The notes beneath the pieces were generated by a model, which was not told the DNA's origin, searched no databases, and saw nothing but the letters and a program-made list of their open reading frames with translations. Both the position numbers and the translations under genes were made by a program. DNA of 64,000 nucleotides from an uncultured SAR86 cluster bacterium (GTDB lineage Bacteria > Pseudomonadota > Gammaproteobacteria > Magnimaribacterales > D2472): the NCBI GenBank assembly GCA_902623535.1, contig CACNUA010000005.1, positions 109-64,108 of the forward strand. The letters are read 5' to 3'. Shown here piece after piece: positions 26,588 to 36,275 of this stretch. Each line of letters begins with the position of its first letter. Position 1 is the first letter of the stretch.

Positions 26588-27457
26588 TTATTTACTTTTT
26601 TTCCATAATCGCATCAGTCCTTCTTGGGCTGTCGATGCAATTAATTTACCTGTTTTTGTATAAATTAATCCTGTTGAAAAACCTCTTGCTCCTCCAGATA
26701 TTGGGCTCTCCATTGAGTATAAATGCCAATCATTAAAGGCAATATCATTATGAAACCACATAGCATGATCAAGACTAGCACTTTGGAAATTACTGGACAT
26801 AAAATTTAAGCCATGAGGATTTACTGCTGTTCCTAATAAACCCATGTCGGAGACATATAACAATAATGCTTGATTTATTTTTTGGTCTTTTGGAATTAAT
26901 CCATTTGGTTTCATCCAAGTATTTCGTATTGGAGGTGCTTTCTTTGGATTTAAATAATCAATTGGCTCGACCTGTCTCATTTCAATCTCTCTTTCTCTTA
27001 GCCATATTGAATGAAATTTTTTATCAACCTTGTGTTTGACTCGATGTCTCATCTCTGAATCACTTTCAAGTCCATCTGGACCAACAATATCAGGCATTTT
27101 AGTCTGATGAGATAGACCTTTTTCCTTTATTTTAAAGGATATTGAGCAATTAAAAATTGCCTCACCATTTTGAATTGCTCTTACACGCCTCGTAGTAAAG
27201 CTCCTTCCATCCCTGATTCTATCCACATCAAAGATGATTTTCTTATTCATGTCACCTGGTCTTAAAAAATATGAGTGAAAAGAGTGTGCAAATCTTTTCT
27301 TATCTACAGTTGAATATGCTGCCATGAGAGTTTGCGCCATAACTTGACCCCCAAAAATCCTTTCGAATCCAACACTTGAACCACTCCATGCATAAATGTC
27401 TCTATCAATTTTTTCTAATTCAAAAAGCTTGAGGGTCTTTATTAAGGCTTTATTCAT
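26588..27457 (-). CDS. tesB: Acyl-CoA thioesterase II
   Basis: IFGGQVMAQ, HSYFLRPG, RDGRSFTTRRV, SLDHAMWFH, QEGL. Confidence 0.95.
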   Translation of the reverse strand: MNKALIKTLKLFELEKIDRDIYAWSGSSVGFERIFGGQVMAQTLMAAYSTVDKKRFAHSFHSYFLRPGDMNKKIIFDVDRIRDGRSFTTRRVRAIQNGEAIFNCSISFKIKEKGLSHQTKMPDIVGPDGLESDSEMRHRVKHKVDKKFHSIWLREREIEMRQVEPIDYLNPKKAPPIRNTWMKPNGLIPKDQKINQALLLYVSDMGLLGTAVNPHGLNFMSSNFQSASLDHAMWFHNDIAFNDWHLYSMESPISGGARGFSTGLIYTKTGKLIASTAQEGLMRLWKKSK

Positions 27458-27532
27458 ACCAACAATTATCCCATAAAAAACTAGAACTAATCGTATTCTA
27501 AATGTAGGATATGCACCCCGACACAGAAAATA

Positions 27533-28495
27533 ATGGATAAAAAATTAATAGAATTGCCTGAAAGGCCGGAAGAGAGGATTAATACAAAGAAAGTCTTTGG
27601 TTTTGATGCTGGATTTGATGTTTTTAGTTTCAAAGAAAAAACTGAATGGGTGCCAATGATCGATGAGACTTATGTCTTTGATGAATCGAATACGCGCTCT
27701 ATCCTTGCTGGCTTTATGTTTAATCGAAGAGTTATGATTCAAGGCTACCACGGAACTGGGAAATCAACCCACCTCGAACAAGTTGCAGCGCGGCTTAATT
27801 GGCCATGCGTGAGGATAAATCTAGATAGTCATATAAGCAGAATAGATCTATTGGGTAAGGATGCCATTGTGCTTGAGGATGGAAAACAAATTACTGAATT
27901 CAAAGAAGGCATCCTGCCATGGTCACTCAGGAATCCTGTTGCAATGGTTTTCGATGAATATGATGCAGGTAGACCAGATGTAATGTTTGTTATCCAACGA
28001 ATTCTAGAAGTGGATGGAAAACTTACCCTCCTCGATCAAAATACTGTTATTACACCTCATGAATCCTTTAGATTATTTGCTACAACAAATACTGTTGGTC
28101 TTGGTGATACATCCGGCCTTTATCATGGAACGCAGCAAATTAATCAAGGACAAATGGATAGATGGCATGTCCTTTCAACATTAAATTATCTTCCAAGAAA
28201 ACAAGAAGAGGCAATTATTCAAAAAAAGATTCCTGAGCTGAAAGGAAAAGAGAACCAAGAAATTATAAAAAATATGGTTTTGCTTGCCGAGCTAACTAGA
28301 CAAGGCTTTATCAATGGTGACATATCAACATTGATGTCTCCGAGAACAGTTTTAAGTTGGGCACAAAACTATCTTATTTTTAATGACTTGTTAGATTCTT
28401 TTTCTTTAACATTTTTAAATAAGTGCGATGATCTTGAGAAGCCCATAGTAATGGAATACTTTCAAAGATGTTTTGAAGAAAAAAATGATTCTTAA
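27533..28495 (+). CDS. cobS: CobS-like AAA+ ATPase (cobaltochelatase subunit family)
   Basis: [55 protein letters not shown]. Confidence 0.92.
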   Translation: MDKKLIELPERPEERINTKKVFGFDAGFDVFSFKEKTEWVPMIDETYVFDESNTRSILAGFMFNRRVMIQGYHGTGKSTHLEQVAARLNWPCVRINLDSHISRIDLLGKDAIVLEDGKQITEFKEGILPWSLRNPVAMVFDEYDAGRPDVMFVIQRILEVDGKLTLLDQNTVITPHESFRLFATTNTVGLGDTSGLYHGTQQINQGQMDRWHVLSTLNYLPRKQEEAIIQKKIPELKGKENQEIIKNMVLLAELTRQGFINGDISTLMSPRTVLSWAQNYLIFNDLLDSFSLTFLNKCDDLEKPIVMEYFQRCFEEKNDS

Positions 28496-30267
28496 TGGCT
28501 GAACAATTATCAAATGATGCCTTAAAGCTCGCGGCTGACTCAACGGCCAGGGCAATTACCAAAAAGAAAGATTTAAGCATTACCAAAAGGAACTGGGATA
28601 ATTTTCCTTCCAGTGAGGTTCATATTCCACTGCCTCCTAGAGCAAAAAGAAAACTTGATCAATGGAGGGGAAGCCTAGATACACAGTTATTCTGGAAAAA
28701 ATTCCACAAAAATTTAAAAGAAGAGCTTTCCGGTTCAGAAGTTGAGCTTTTTCATGAACTTGAAAGATTTCGTGTTGAATGCCTTGGAACCTCCCTCTAC
28801 AAAGGCTCAGAAAATAATATAGCTAAATTTATTGAGCAAAGATCTTCAGAGCTTGTTTCTAGCAAAAAAGAAAAAAATTTTTTTCCAATCTCGCTTAATT
28901 TATTCATGCGCGAGATTGCAAAGAAAGATTTAGGCGATGCAGCAAAGAAAATTCTTCAAGAAGACAAAAACTATCTAGCGTTGTTTGAAGATAGCTTTAT
29001 TGAATTAATCAATTCAATAAATGATCAAGAAAGATATCAACAACTAAGTACTGATTTAATTAAGGAGTTTCTTAAAAGTGATGATGATCTTAAAAATGAA
29101 AAGTATGATGAGCCCGAACAGGGTCAAGATCAGCATCAAACACAAGAAAATTCAGAACAAAATGAAATCAGTGAAGATTCTTCGGTTGAGACAGACCTTG
29201 ATGGAGAAATGTCTGAAGAATTCTTTGAAACTGAATCGATGGAACAGGTTGCAGTTGATGATACATCGATACAAGAAGAGATTGATTTAGAGAGAAATAG
29301 CAGAGCTGATAATGAATCCCTAGGACAACAAGAATATTCTATTTTTTCAACGCATTTTGATGAAATCATTAATGCAGAGGATCTAGCAACTCGTGATGAA
29401 GTCCAACGTCTAAGACAACAGCTAGATAGGTTGATGGAACCTCATATTCAAACCATCGGTAAGCTGGCTAACCGACTTCAAAGAATTCTGCAAGCCCAGC
29501 AAAATCGAAGTTGGAATTTTAATCTTGAAGAGGGATTACTCGATACAGCAAGACTTACAAGAATTGTTGCCAGGCCTGGTTCCGCGCTTAGTTTTAAGCA
29601 GGAATCAGAAATAAATTTTAAAGATACAGTTGTATCTATATTAATTGATAGCTCAGGCTCGATGAGAGGTAGATCTATGACGCTTGCTGCAATATGTGCC
29701 GACATCATTGGAAGTACGCTTGATAGATGCAACATCAATACAGAAATATTAGGCTTCACCACCAAACATTGGAAAGGCGGTGAGGCAAGAAAGCTTTGGA
29801 TGAACCAAGGAAGTCTTCCTCTGCCAGGTCGCCTTAATGACCTTAGACACATTATTTTTAAATCTGCTGATAATAGTTTTAGAAGGGCAAGGAAAAATTT
29901 TGGCGTAATGTTAAGAGATGGATTACTTAAAGAAAATATTGATGGAGAGGCTCTGTTATGGGCTGCCAGTAGGCTACGAGTCAGACCTGAACAAAGAAAG
30001 ATCCTAATTGTAATTTCTGATGGTGCCCCAGTAGATGACAGCACCTTATCAACCAACGAAAATAATCTTTTAGAGAACCATCTTCATGATTCAATTTCAA
30101 CAATCTCAAAACTTGAAGATACTGAGTTAATCGCAATAGGAATTGGACACGACGTTACAAAATATTATCAAAGATCGGTCACCATCCATCGTGCGGAAGA
30201 ATTAGCCGAAGTTCTACTTGATCAGTTAACCGAACTTTTATCAAACACCAAAAAGTATTATAATTAA
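28495..30267 (+). CDS. cobT: CobT-like VWA protein with acidic linker
   Basis: [52 protein letters not shown]. Confidence 0.9.
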   Translation: MAEQLSNDALKLAADSTARAITKKKDLSITKRNWDNFPSSEVHIPLPPRAKRKLDQWRGSLDTQLFWKKFHKNLKEELSGSEVELFHELERFRVECLGTSLYKGSENNIAKFIEQRSSELVSSKKEKNFFPISLNLFMREIAKKDLGDAAKKILQEDKNYLALFEDSFIELINSINDQERYQQLSTDLIKEFLKSDDDLKNEKYDEPEQGQDQHQTQENSEQNEISEDSSVETDLDGEMSEEFFETESMEQVAVDDTSIQEEIDLERNSRADNESLGQQEYSIFSTHFDEIINAEDLATRDEVQRLRQQLDRLMEPHIQTIGKLANRLQRILQAQQNRSWNFNLEEGLLDTARLTRIVARPGSALSFKQESEINFKDTVVSILIDSSGSMRGRSMTLAAICADIIGSTLDRCNINTEILGFTTKHWKGGEARKLWMNQGSLPLPGRLNDLRHIIFKSADNSFRRARKNFGVMLRDGLLKENIDGEALLWAASRLRVRPEQRKILIVISDGAPVDDSTLSTNENNLLENHLHDSISTISKLEDTELIAIGIGHDVTKYYQRSVTIHRAEELAEVLLDQLTELLSNTKKYYN

Positions 30268-30288
30268 TGTTTACACTGTTAACATTAA
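30264..30288. promoter_or_regulatory. 25-bp near-perfect palindrome, putative repressor operator
   Basis: TTAATGTTTACA-C-TGTTAACATTAA; one mismatched pair; ends 4 bp before the ATG at 30293. Confidence 0.6.
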
Positions 30289-30292
30289 GACT

Positions 30293-31399
30293 ATGAAGAT
30301 AAAACATCAAGACGGCCCGCCAAGCGATTTACTGTATTTTGAAAATGAGATGAACCTCACAAAGGATCATGTTGAGGACATTGTAGAGATATTTAATACG
30401 CCCCTAACCGGGTCTTACAACTGGGACTATACAGTTGCTGACAATAGAATTAAGAAGCTTTATGAATTAGGAAAACAGCTTAATTGGAATGGATCCATAG
30501 ATTTAAACTGGGATTACACTCATCCTGCTGATCAGAAACTTGTACAAGTAGATGAGCAGCTTCCTCATGAAACACTTGCAGCGTATGAAGCACTAACTGA
30601 AGAAGAAAAAATTGAGTTTGATAGGCACGATGCTGCTGAACTCCTTTCTCAATTTCTTCACGGTGAGCAAGGAGCTTTATTGGTAGCATCTCAGCTTACA
30701 AGTTGCGCTCCAACTTATAATGCAAAATTATATGCAGCCTCCCAAACTTTTGATGAGGCAAGACATGTAGAAGTCTTCAACAGATATCTACAAGATAAAA
30801 TTGGTATCCACTATCCAATCAATAAAAATTTAAAAATGTTACTAGATAAGATTCTTACTGATGAAAGATGGGATCTGAAATTTATCGGTATGCAGATTAT
30901 TATTGAAGGTCTCGCACTAGCAGCATTTCAAATGCTAAAAGGCCTAACCAAAGATCCACTTTTAGAACAGTTGTTACATTATGTAATTAGAGATGAAGCT
31001 CGCCATGTTACTTTTGGGATTAATTATCTTGAAGACTTTGTGAAAACATTGTCGCCTGAAGAAGTTGAAGAAAGAGCGGAATTTGCATATGAAGCCTGTG
31101 TTATTTCAAGAGAAAGACTAATCAATACTGTTGCAATGCAGAAGTACCTAAAAATGTCAGCTGAAGAAGCTAGAGAATTTACTCTCAGCACATCAGCAAA
31201 CTCAACCTTTAGGAATTTCTTATTTTCAAGAATCATGCCTAACCTGTCTAGAATTGGACTGCTAACTGAAAAAGTGCGTCCTAAATTTGAGGCATTAGGT
31301 TTATTAGAGTATGAGAATGCTCCTGATGACTTTGAGTGTGATTGGAAAGAGCTTGAGAAGCCGCTTGAGAAGTTTAACGAAATCCCTGCTTCAGCTTAA
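30293..31399 (+). CDS. Ferritin-like diiron oxygenase (AurF-like family)
   Basis: HGEQGAL and two ExxH motifs (DEARH twice), plus IIEGLA. Confidence 0.85.
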   Translation: MKIKHQDGPPSDLLYFENEMNLTKDHVEDIVEIFNTPLTGSYNWDYTVADNRIKKLYELGKQLNWNGSIDLNWDYTHPADQKLVQVDEQLPHETLAAYEALTEEEKIEFDRHDAAELLSQFLHGEQGALLVASQLTSCAPTYNAKLYAASQTFDEARHVEVFNRYLQDKIGIHYPINKNLKMLLDKILTDERWDLKFIGMQIIIEGLALAAFQMLKGLTKDPLLEQLLHYVIRDEARHVTFGINYLEDFVKTLSPEEVEERAEFAYEACVISRERLINTVAMQKYLKMSAEEAREFTLSTSANSTFRNFLFSRIMPNLSRIGLLTEKVRPKFEALGLLEYENAPDDFECDWKELEKPLEKFNEIPASA

Positions 31400-32609
31400 T
31401 TTAGCAATACTATATAGCTTAACAGCATTTAATTTGAGTGCTGCGCTAATCATTGTTGAGCCCAGTGAAAATTCCTATAAAGATATTCAAGAAGCTTTAA
31501 TTTTTGCTGAGCCCGGGGATGTTGTTAGACTCACCGGAGGAACGTTTGTTATTGAAGATGGATTATCTTTAGATATTCCAGGTGTTAAAATTGAAGGAGA
31601 AGGGATGGATGCTTCCATCCTAGAATTCAGCAATCAAAAATCTGGAGCACAAGGACTTTTGGTTACCTCTGATAATGTAACCTTGCAGGACTTCGCGGTT
31701 GTCAATGCAAAAGGAGATGCGATCAAGTCAAAAGGTGCAAATAATATTTCTTTTATAAGAGTTAAAACTGAATGGACTGGTGGTCCAAATACTACAAACG
31801 GTGCCTATGGCTTATATCCTGTTGAATCTGAGAATATTCTGATCGATGATTGTGTTGCAATTGGAGCTTCTGATGCAGGCATTTATGTTGGGCAGTCAAT
31901 AAACATTATTGTTAAAAATAGTTTTGTTAAGCACAACGTTGCTGGAATAGAAATAGAGAATTCATTTTATGCAGATGTCTATGGTAATTTAGCTGAAGAA
32001 AATACAGGCGGAATACTTGTATTTGATTTACCGGATCTTCCGCAACAAGGCGGACATCATGTAAGGGTTTTTAATAACAAAGTTATTAACAACAACACGC
32101 CTAATTTTGCCCCAGAGGGAAATATTGTTGGAGAAGTACCTAGCGGAAGTGGAATTATGGTGATGGCTAATTCTCATGTTGAAGTCTTTGAGAACCGTAT
32201 TGAAAATAATGGCACCACTGGAATTGCAGTAGTATCCTATGCTGATGATTATGAAGATAAAAGCTACTATCCACATCCTCGCTCAATACAAATACATAAT
32301 AATGAATACATAAACAATGGTAAAAATCCAGATGTTGAATCAAATGAATTGGCTAAGCTTTTATTCGAGCTCTCTAATGGAGAAATGCCTGATATCTTTT
32401 GGGATGGTGTGGTTCCGATTTCTCAAATGGTTTTCGGACAAAATCAAGAAGACAAGATGATCATTGATGAAGACGGCTCTCCTACAATTATCACATTAGA
32501 TCCAATTAAATACATACTGCCACTCTTAGACCCAGTGAAAAGAGATATTAATGAGTTCTCAGGAAATATTAAGCCCTTAAAAGCAGTTGAATTAAATGAA
32601 GTTCTTTAA
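31311..32609 (+). CDS. Secreted parallel beta-helix repeat protein
   Basis: GAYGLYPV, GASDAGIYVGQS, NVAGIEIENS, NTGGILVFDLP; signal-like N-terminus, true start uncertain (TTG 31353 or 31365 possible). Confidence 0.85.
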   Translation: MRMLLMTLSVIGKSLRSRLRSLTKSLLQLNLAILYSLTAFNLSAALIIVEPSENSYKDIQEALIFAEPGDVVRLTGGTFVIEDGLSLDIPGVKIEGEGMDASILEFSNQKSGAQGLLVTSDNVTLQDFAVVNAKGDAIKSKGANNISFIRVKTEWTGGPNTTNGAYGLYPVESENILIDDCVAIGASDAGIYVGQSINIIVKNSFVKHNVAGIEIENSFYADVYGNLAEENTGGILVFDLPDLPQQGGHHVRVFNNKVINNNTPNFAPEGNIVGEVPSGSGIMVMANSHVEVFENRIENNGTTGIAVVSYADDYEDKSYYPHPRSIQIHNNEYINNGKNPDVESNELAKLLFELSNGEMPDIFWDGVVPISQMVFGQNQEDKMIIDEDGSPTIITLDPIKYILPLLDPVKRDINEFSGNIKPLKAVELNEVL

Positions 32610-33621
32610 GTCTTTTTTCTTAATAATAAGCTTATTATCAATACCATTAACGGCAATAAATAAACAGGCGCACATTGAGGGTAAGTTCTTTTCTAAGCTT
32701 TCCGACTACCATTTTTTTAAGGATCTAACTAATCAAATTCCAGTAGATGAAGTCTTGCCTTATCAACTTCAAAGCGAACTTTTTTCTGATTACACCCATA
32801 AACAAAGATTTGTATATGTCCCACCTACAATGAAGGTGCCGCATGAAAAAAATAAGGTCTTCATGTTTCCAGTTGGATCAGTGCTGATTAAAACTTTCTC
32901 GTATCAAAATACCATATCTGAACTTGCTCCCCAGCTATTAGAAACGAGACTCTTAATTCATAGCGAAGGGGGATGGAAGGCGGTAAGCTACATTTGGAAT
33001 GAAGATCAATCTGAAGCATATCTCAGTCTTGTTGGGGGAACCATTCAAACAAGTTTCAGTGACAAAAACGGTAACATTATATCGGTAAGATATAAGGCAC
33101 CAAATAAAAATCAGTGTAAGGAGTGCCATCAGATTAATGCCTCTCTGACCCCTATAGGACCAAAAGCTAGGAATATGAATTTAACTTTGTACTATGATGG
33201 GAAACCTCAAAACCAACTAGCTAAATGGCATGATCTTGGGTGGATTGATCAAGATATAGATTTTATGAAAATGATCAATTACTCAAGCTTTAATGAAAAC
33301 ATCGGTGACCGTGCACGTGCATACCTTGAAATAAACTGTGCACACTGTCATATCCCTGGCGGAGCAGCGGATACCACAGGGCTCTATCTTATGTTGGAAG
33401 AAACCAATAAAAAAAGTCTTGGATTTTATAAAAAGCCAGTTGCCGCAGGTAAAGCAAGTTTTAATCTAAAATATTCAATTGTTCCAAAAAAACCCAACCA
33501 GTCTATATTGTTGAGAAGAATGGAATCAATGGATCCTGGCATCATGATGCCAGAATCTGGAAGAGCTTTAAAACATACTGAAGGGATTGAGGTCATCAGT
33601 GAATGGATTAACTCACTATAA
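32596..33621 (+). CDS. Secreted diheme c-type cytochrome (SO2930/HNE_0200-like)
   Basis: Signal peptide, two CxxCH motifs (CKECH, CAHCH), LFSDY, ETRLL, MMPE. Confidence 0.85.
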   Translation: MKFFKSFFLIISLLSIPLTAINKQAHIEGKFFSKLSDYHFFKDLTNQIPVDEVLPYQLQSELFSDYTHKQRFVYVPPTMKVPHEKNKVFMFPVGSVLIKTFSYQNTISELAPQLLETRLLIHSEGGWKAVSYIWNEDQSEAYLSLVGGTIQTSFSDKNGNIISVRYKAPNKNQCKECHQINASLTPIGPKARNMNLTLYYDGKPQNQLAKWHDLGWIDQDIDFMKMINYSSFNENIGDRARAYLEINCAHCHIPGGAADTTGLYLMLEETNKKSLGFYKKPVAAGKASFNLKYSIVPKKPNQSILLRRMESMDPGIMMPESGRALKHTEGIEVISEWINSL

Positions 33622-33668
33622 ACTTTACTTTTATTAAATTGTCTATAAATATATATTAGAGGTTAATT

Positions 33669-34412
33669 ATGGCTAGACACGCTGCGTTAGAAACATTTGG
33701 TCGATCAGGAAATCCTGTTTTCGGTAATAAATTTAATAATTCACAGGGTTTTGTAGGCTCTGAAAGAATGACTCTTGATGGAACTGTCAATAAAACAGGC
33801 TTCCTTTTGGGATTATGTTTTTTTGGGGCAATTATCAGCTGGAACATTCCAAATCCTTTTTTAATGTTTGGAGGAGCTCTTGTTGGCTTTGGCTTGGCAA
33901 TATATACCTCGTTTGTACCAAGAAATGCTGGAATTACTGCCCCAATATACGCTTTTGTGAAGGGTTTATTTTTAGGAGGTATTTCATTGGTGCTTGAAAT
34001 GCAATATCCGGGTATTGCGATTCAGGCTATTGGTCTGACTTTCGGTACGCTCGCCTCATTATTATTTTTCTACAAAAGTGGGTTAATAAAACCAACAGAA
34101 AATTTTAGGTTAATGATTTTTTCTGCAACATTTGGAATCATGATTCTTTATCTTGTTAGTTTTGTTATGAGCTTTTTTGGTTCAGGTATTGGTTTTATTC
34201 ACTCAAATGGAATCTTTGGAATCGGTTTCTCCCTTTTTGTTGTATGCATTGCTGCTCTTAACTTGGTTCTTGATTTTGATTTCATTGAACAAGGTGCTGA
34301 GAATAGTCTTCCTAAATATATGGAGTGGTATGGGGCATTTTCATTAATGGTAACGCTGATTTGGCTTTATTTGGAGATCCTAAGACTCCTAGCTAAGCTT
34401 AGAAGCAGATAA
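33669..34412 (+). CDS. Bax inhibitor-1/YccA family membrane protein
   Basis: Multi-TM, RSGNP, LDFDFIE, TLIWLYLEILRLL. Confidence 0.88.
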   Translation: MARHAALETFGRSGNPVFGNKFNNSQGFVGSERMTLDGTVNKTGFLLGLCFFGAIISWNIPNPFLMFGGALVGFGLAIYTSFVPRNAGITAPIYAFVKGLFLGGISLVLEMQYPGIAIQAIGLTFGTLASLLFFYKSGLIKPTENFRLMIFSATFGIMILYLVSFVMSFFGSGIGFIHSNGIFGIGFSLFVVCIAALNLVLDFDFIEQGAENSLPKYMEWYGAFSLMVTLIWLYLEILRLLAKLRSR

Positions 34413-34415
34413 AAA

Positions 34416-34628
34416 ATGAACTCCATAATTTTTGGATTATTAGCTGTAATTTCATTATTTATATTCTTTAATCTTAGTAAAGTTAAAGCCTCTGCTAAAC
34501 AAACAAATAGAGATGATCGAACAAACTGGGGCACTCCCCCATGGAGAAAAAAGAACCATACTTCAAATAGAAATACTTCGTCTGGACGAATAATTGAAGG
34601 CGAAGCAGAAGAAGTTAATAAAGATTAA
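34416..34628 (+). CDS. Small single-TM hypothetical protein
   Basis: N-terminal hydrophobic helix, C-terminal IIEGEAEEV; fills the gap in a co-oriented run. Confidence 0.65.
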   Translation: MNSIIFGLLAVISLFIFFNLSKVKASAKQTNRDDRTNWGTPPWRKKNHTSNRNTSSGRIIEGEAEEVNKD

Positions 34629-34654
34629 GATCTATAATCTGTATTTTTAAAAAA

Positions 34655-35446
34655 ATGAAAATTGGAATTGATTTTGGTATTACTCATACAGATGTAGTTA
34701 TTTCTAATAATCAAGGAATTAACTTTCAAACATTTAAATCTATGGATATAAATCAAGACCTTACAAACGTATTTGATTCTATAAAAAATCCCCAAAATAT
34801 AAATAAAGTATTTGTGACCGGAGGCAAATCAAGTGACTTACCAAATTCATTTAAAGGGATGCCTGTAAGTCATACAAATGAAATTGATTCAATTGCAATA
34901 GGAGCTAAAAAACTTTATGGCCTTAAAGAAAGCGCACTAATTGTAAGCACTGGTACTGGAACTGCTTGCGTACACTTTGATGGGGTGAACGGTAATCATT
35001 TAGGAGGAATTGCAGTTGGTGGTGGAATGTTATGTGGATTAGGTAAGCTGCTTCTTAATAATGATGATGCAATGGAAATTGACGAATTTGCTAAAAAAGG
35101 TGATAAATCCAAGATAGATTATTTGATAGGTGATGTTGTCAATAAAATCGGCTCCTTGTCACCTGAAATCACAGCAGTAAATTTTGGAAAAGCGTTGAGT
35201 TCTAATTCTGCAACTATAGAAAATGTTGCTGCAAGTCTTTGTAATATGATCGGAGAAGTTATTGGAACGATTGCTTATCTAAATGCTTTTCTTTTGGGAG
35301 TTAATAAAGTTTACTTTATTGGGAGAACTGCCCTTCTTAAGAATGTTCAAGCAGGTATCAACGAGCGACTGCAACTTGCAGGCATTCGAGGAGAGTATGC
35401 TGAAAATTGTGAGTACGCTAATGCTCTTGGCTCCATATCTGATTAA
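34655..35446 (+). CDS. Type II pantothenate kinase-like (ASKHA/Fumble) protein
   Basis: IGIDFGITHT, VTGGKS, NEIDSIAIGA, VSTGTGT, GGIAVGGG, TAVNFGK. Confidence 0.75.
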   Translation: MKIGIDFGITHTDVVISNNQGINFQTFKSMDINQDLTNVFDSIKNPQNINKVFVTGGKSSDLPNSFKGMPVSHTNEIDSIAIGAKKLYGLKESALIVSTGTGTACVHFDGVNGNHLGGIAVGGGMLCGLGKLLLNNDDAMEIDEFAKKGDKSKIDYLIGDVVNKIGSLSPEITAVNFGKALSSNSATIENVAASLCNMIGEVIGTIAYLNAFLLGVNKVYFIGRTALLKNVQAGINERLQLAGIRGEYAENCEYANALGSISD

Positions 35447-35449
35447 TAG

Positions 35450-36223
35450 CTAAATATCCTTGAAGTAACTATGTCTTTCTATGTCATCCTCAGTGGTTTT
35501 ACCTCCATATTGAATCTCTATGATATGACATGTCTTATTTGACCTATTAAAAAGCTGATGCCAGTGGCCCTTATAGACAGTGAATACAGATTCATTTGGT
35601 AAGAAAATTTCTTCGATTTTTTCTGGCGACTCTGAGGAGTGATTAACATAACATTCTCCCTTGCTTACAAACCAAACCTCGCTTCGCATGGTATGTTTTT
35701 GCAAACTCATTCCTTTGCCTGGTTCAAGCATAATCTCTTTTATGGTTAAGTTTGACTCCTTAAGAAGATTTTTATAACTTCCCCAAACTCTCTCTTCATT
35801 ACCATAATGCCAGTCTTTTAAAATTAAGCTCGATGAGTTAGCTTTGTTTTCTCCTCCAACACCAAATTTAAAGGTAACATCTTCTACTTCAAGCTCTGGG
35901 ATATTATCTTGATCTCTATCTCCCCCGTTGCAGAATATTACTTCATCATTTGGATAATTCTGCTTAACTTTATAAAGTGCATCTATGCAGCTACCTAATT
36001 CATCGTCATCGAATTCAATTACCTCATCAACCATCTCCATGTGTTCTAAAATCAACTTTCTTTCATTAAAAGGAAGGAAATTCTTGCCTTTTTTTGCTAT
36101 CAACCAATCATCACTATTAAGCGCCACGATTAAACGATCTCCTATTTTTGCAGAGGCTTTAAGGTATTTGATGTGGCCAGAATGGAGTGGATCAAATCCT
36201 CCACTAGCAACAGATACTTTCAT
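35450..36223 (-). CDS. Cytidylyltransferase-like (HxGH) domain fused to a cupin (MPI type II-like) domain
   Basis: SGGFDPLHSGH, NGGDR, SSS; then ERVWGSY, SLQKH..RSEVW, IEIQYG, EDDIER. Confidence 0.85.
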   Translation of the reverse strand: MKVSVASGGFDPLHSGHIKYLKASAKIGDRLIVALNSDDWLIAKKGKNFLPFNERKLILEHMEMVDEVIEFDDDELGSCIDALYKVKQNYPNDEVIFCNGGDRDQDNIPELEVEDVTFKFGVGGENKANSSSLILKDWHYGNEERVWGSYKNLLKESNLTIKEIMLEPGKGMSLQKHTMRSEVWFVSKGECYVNHSSESPEKIEEIFLPNESVFTVYKGHWHQLFNRSNKTCHIIEIQYGGKTTEDDIERHSYFKDI

Positions 36224-36275
36224 AGTTCAATTTTACCTTTAAAATAGGATAAAATACTCTACCTAATATTACATC

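Noticed and set aside
27511..27540. Tiny u[12 protein letters not shown] overlapping the cobS start
   Set aside because: Nine codons, with no RBS or attenuator structure
29060..29330. Acidic low-complexity stretch in cobT
   Set aside because: Normal CobT linker
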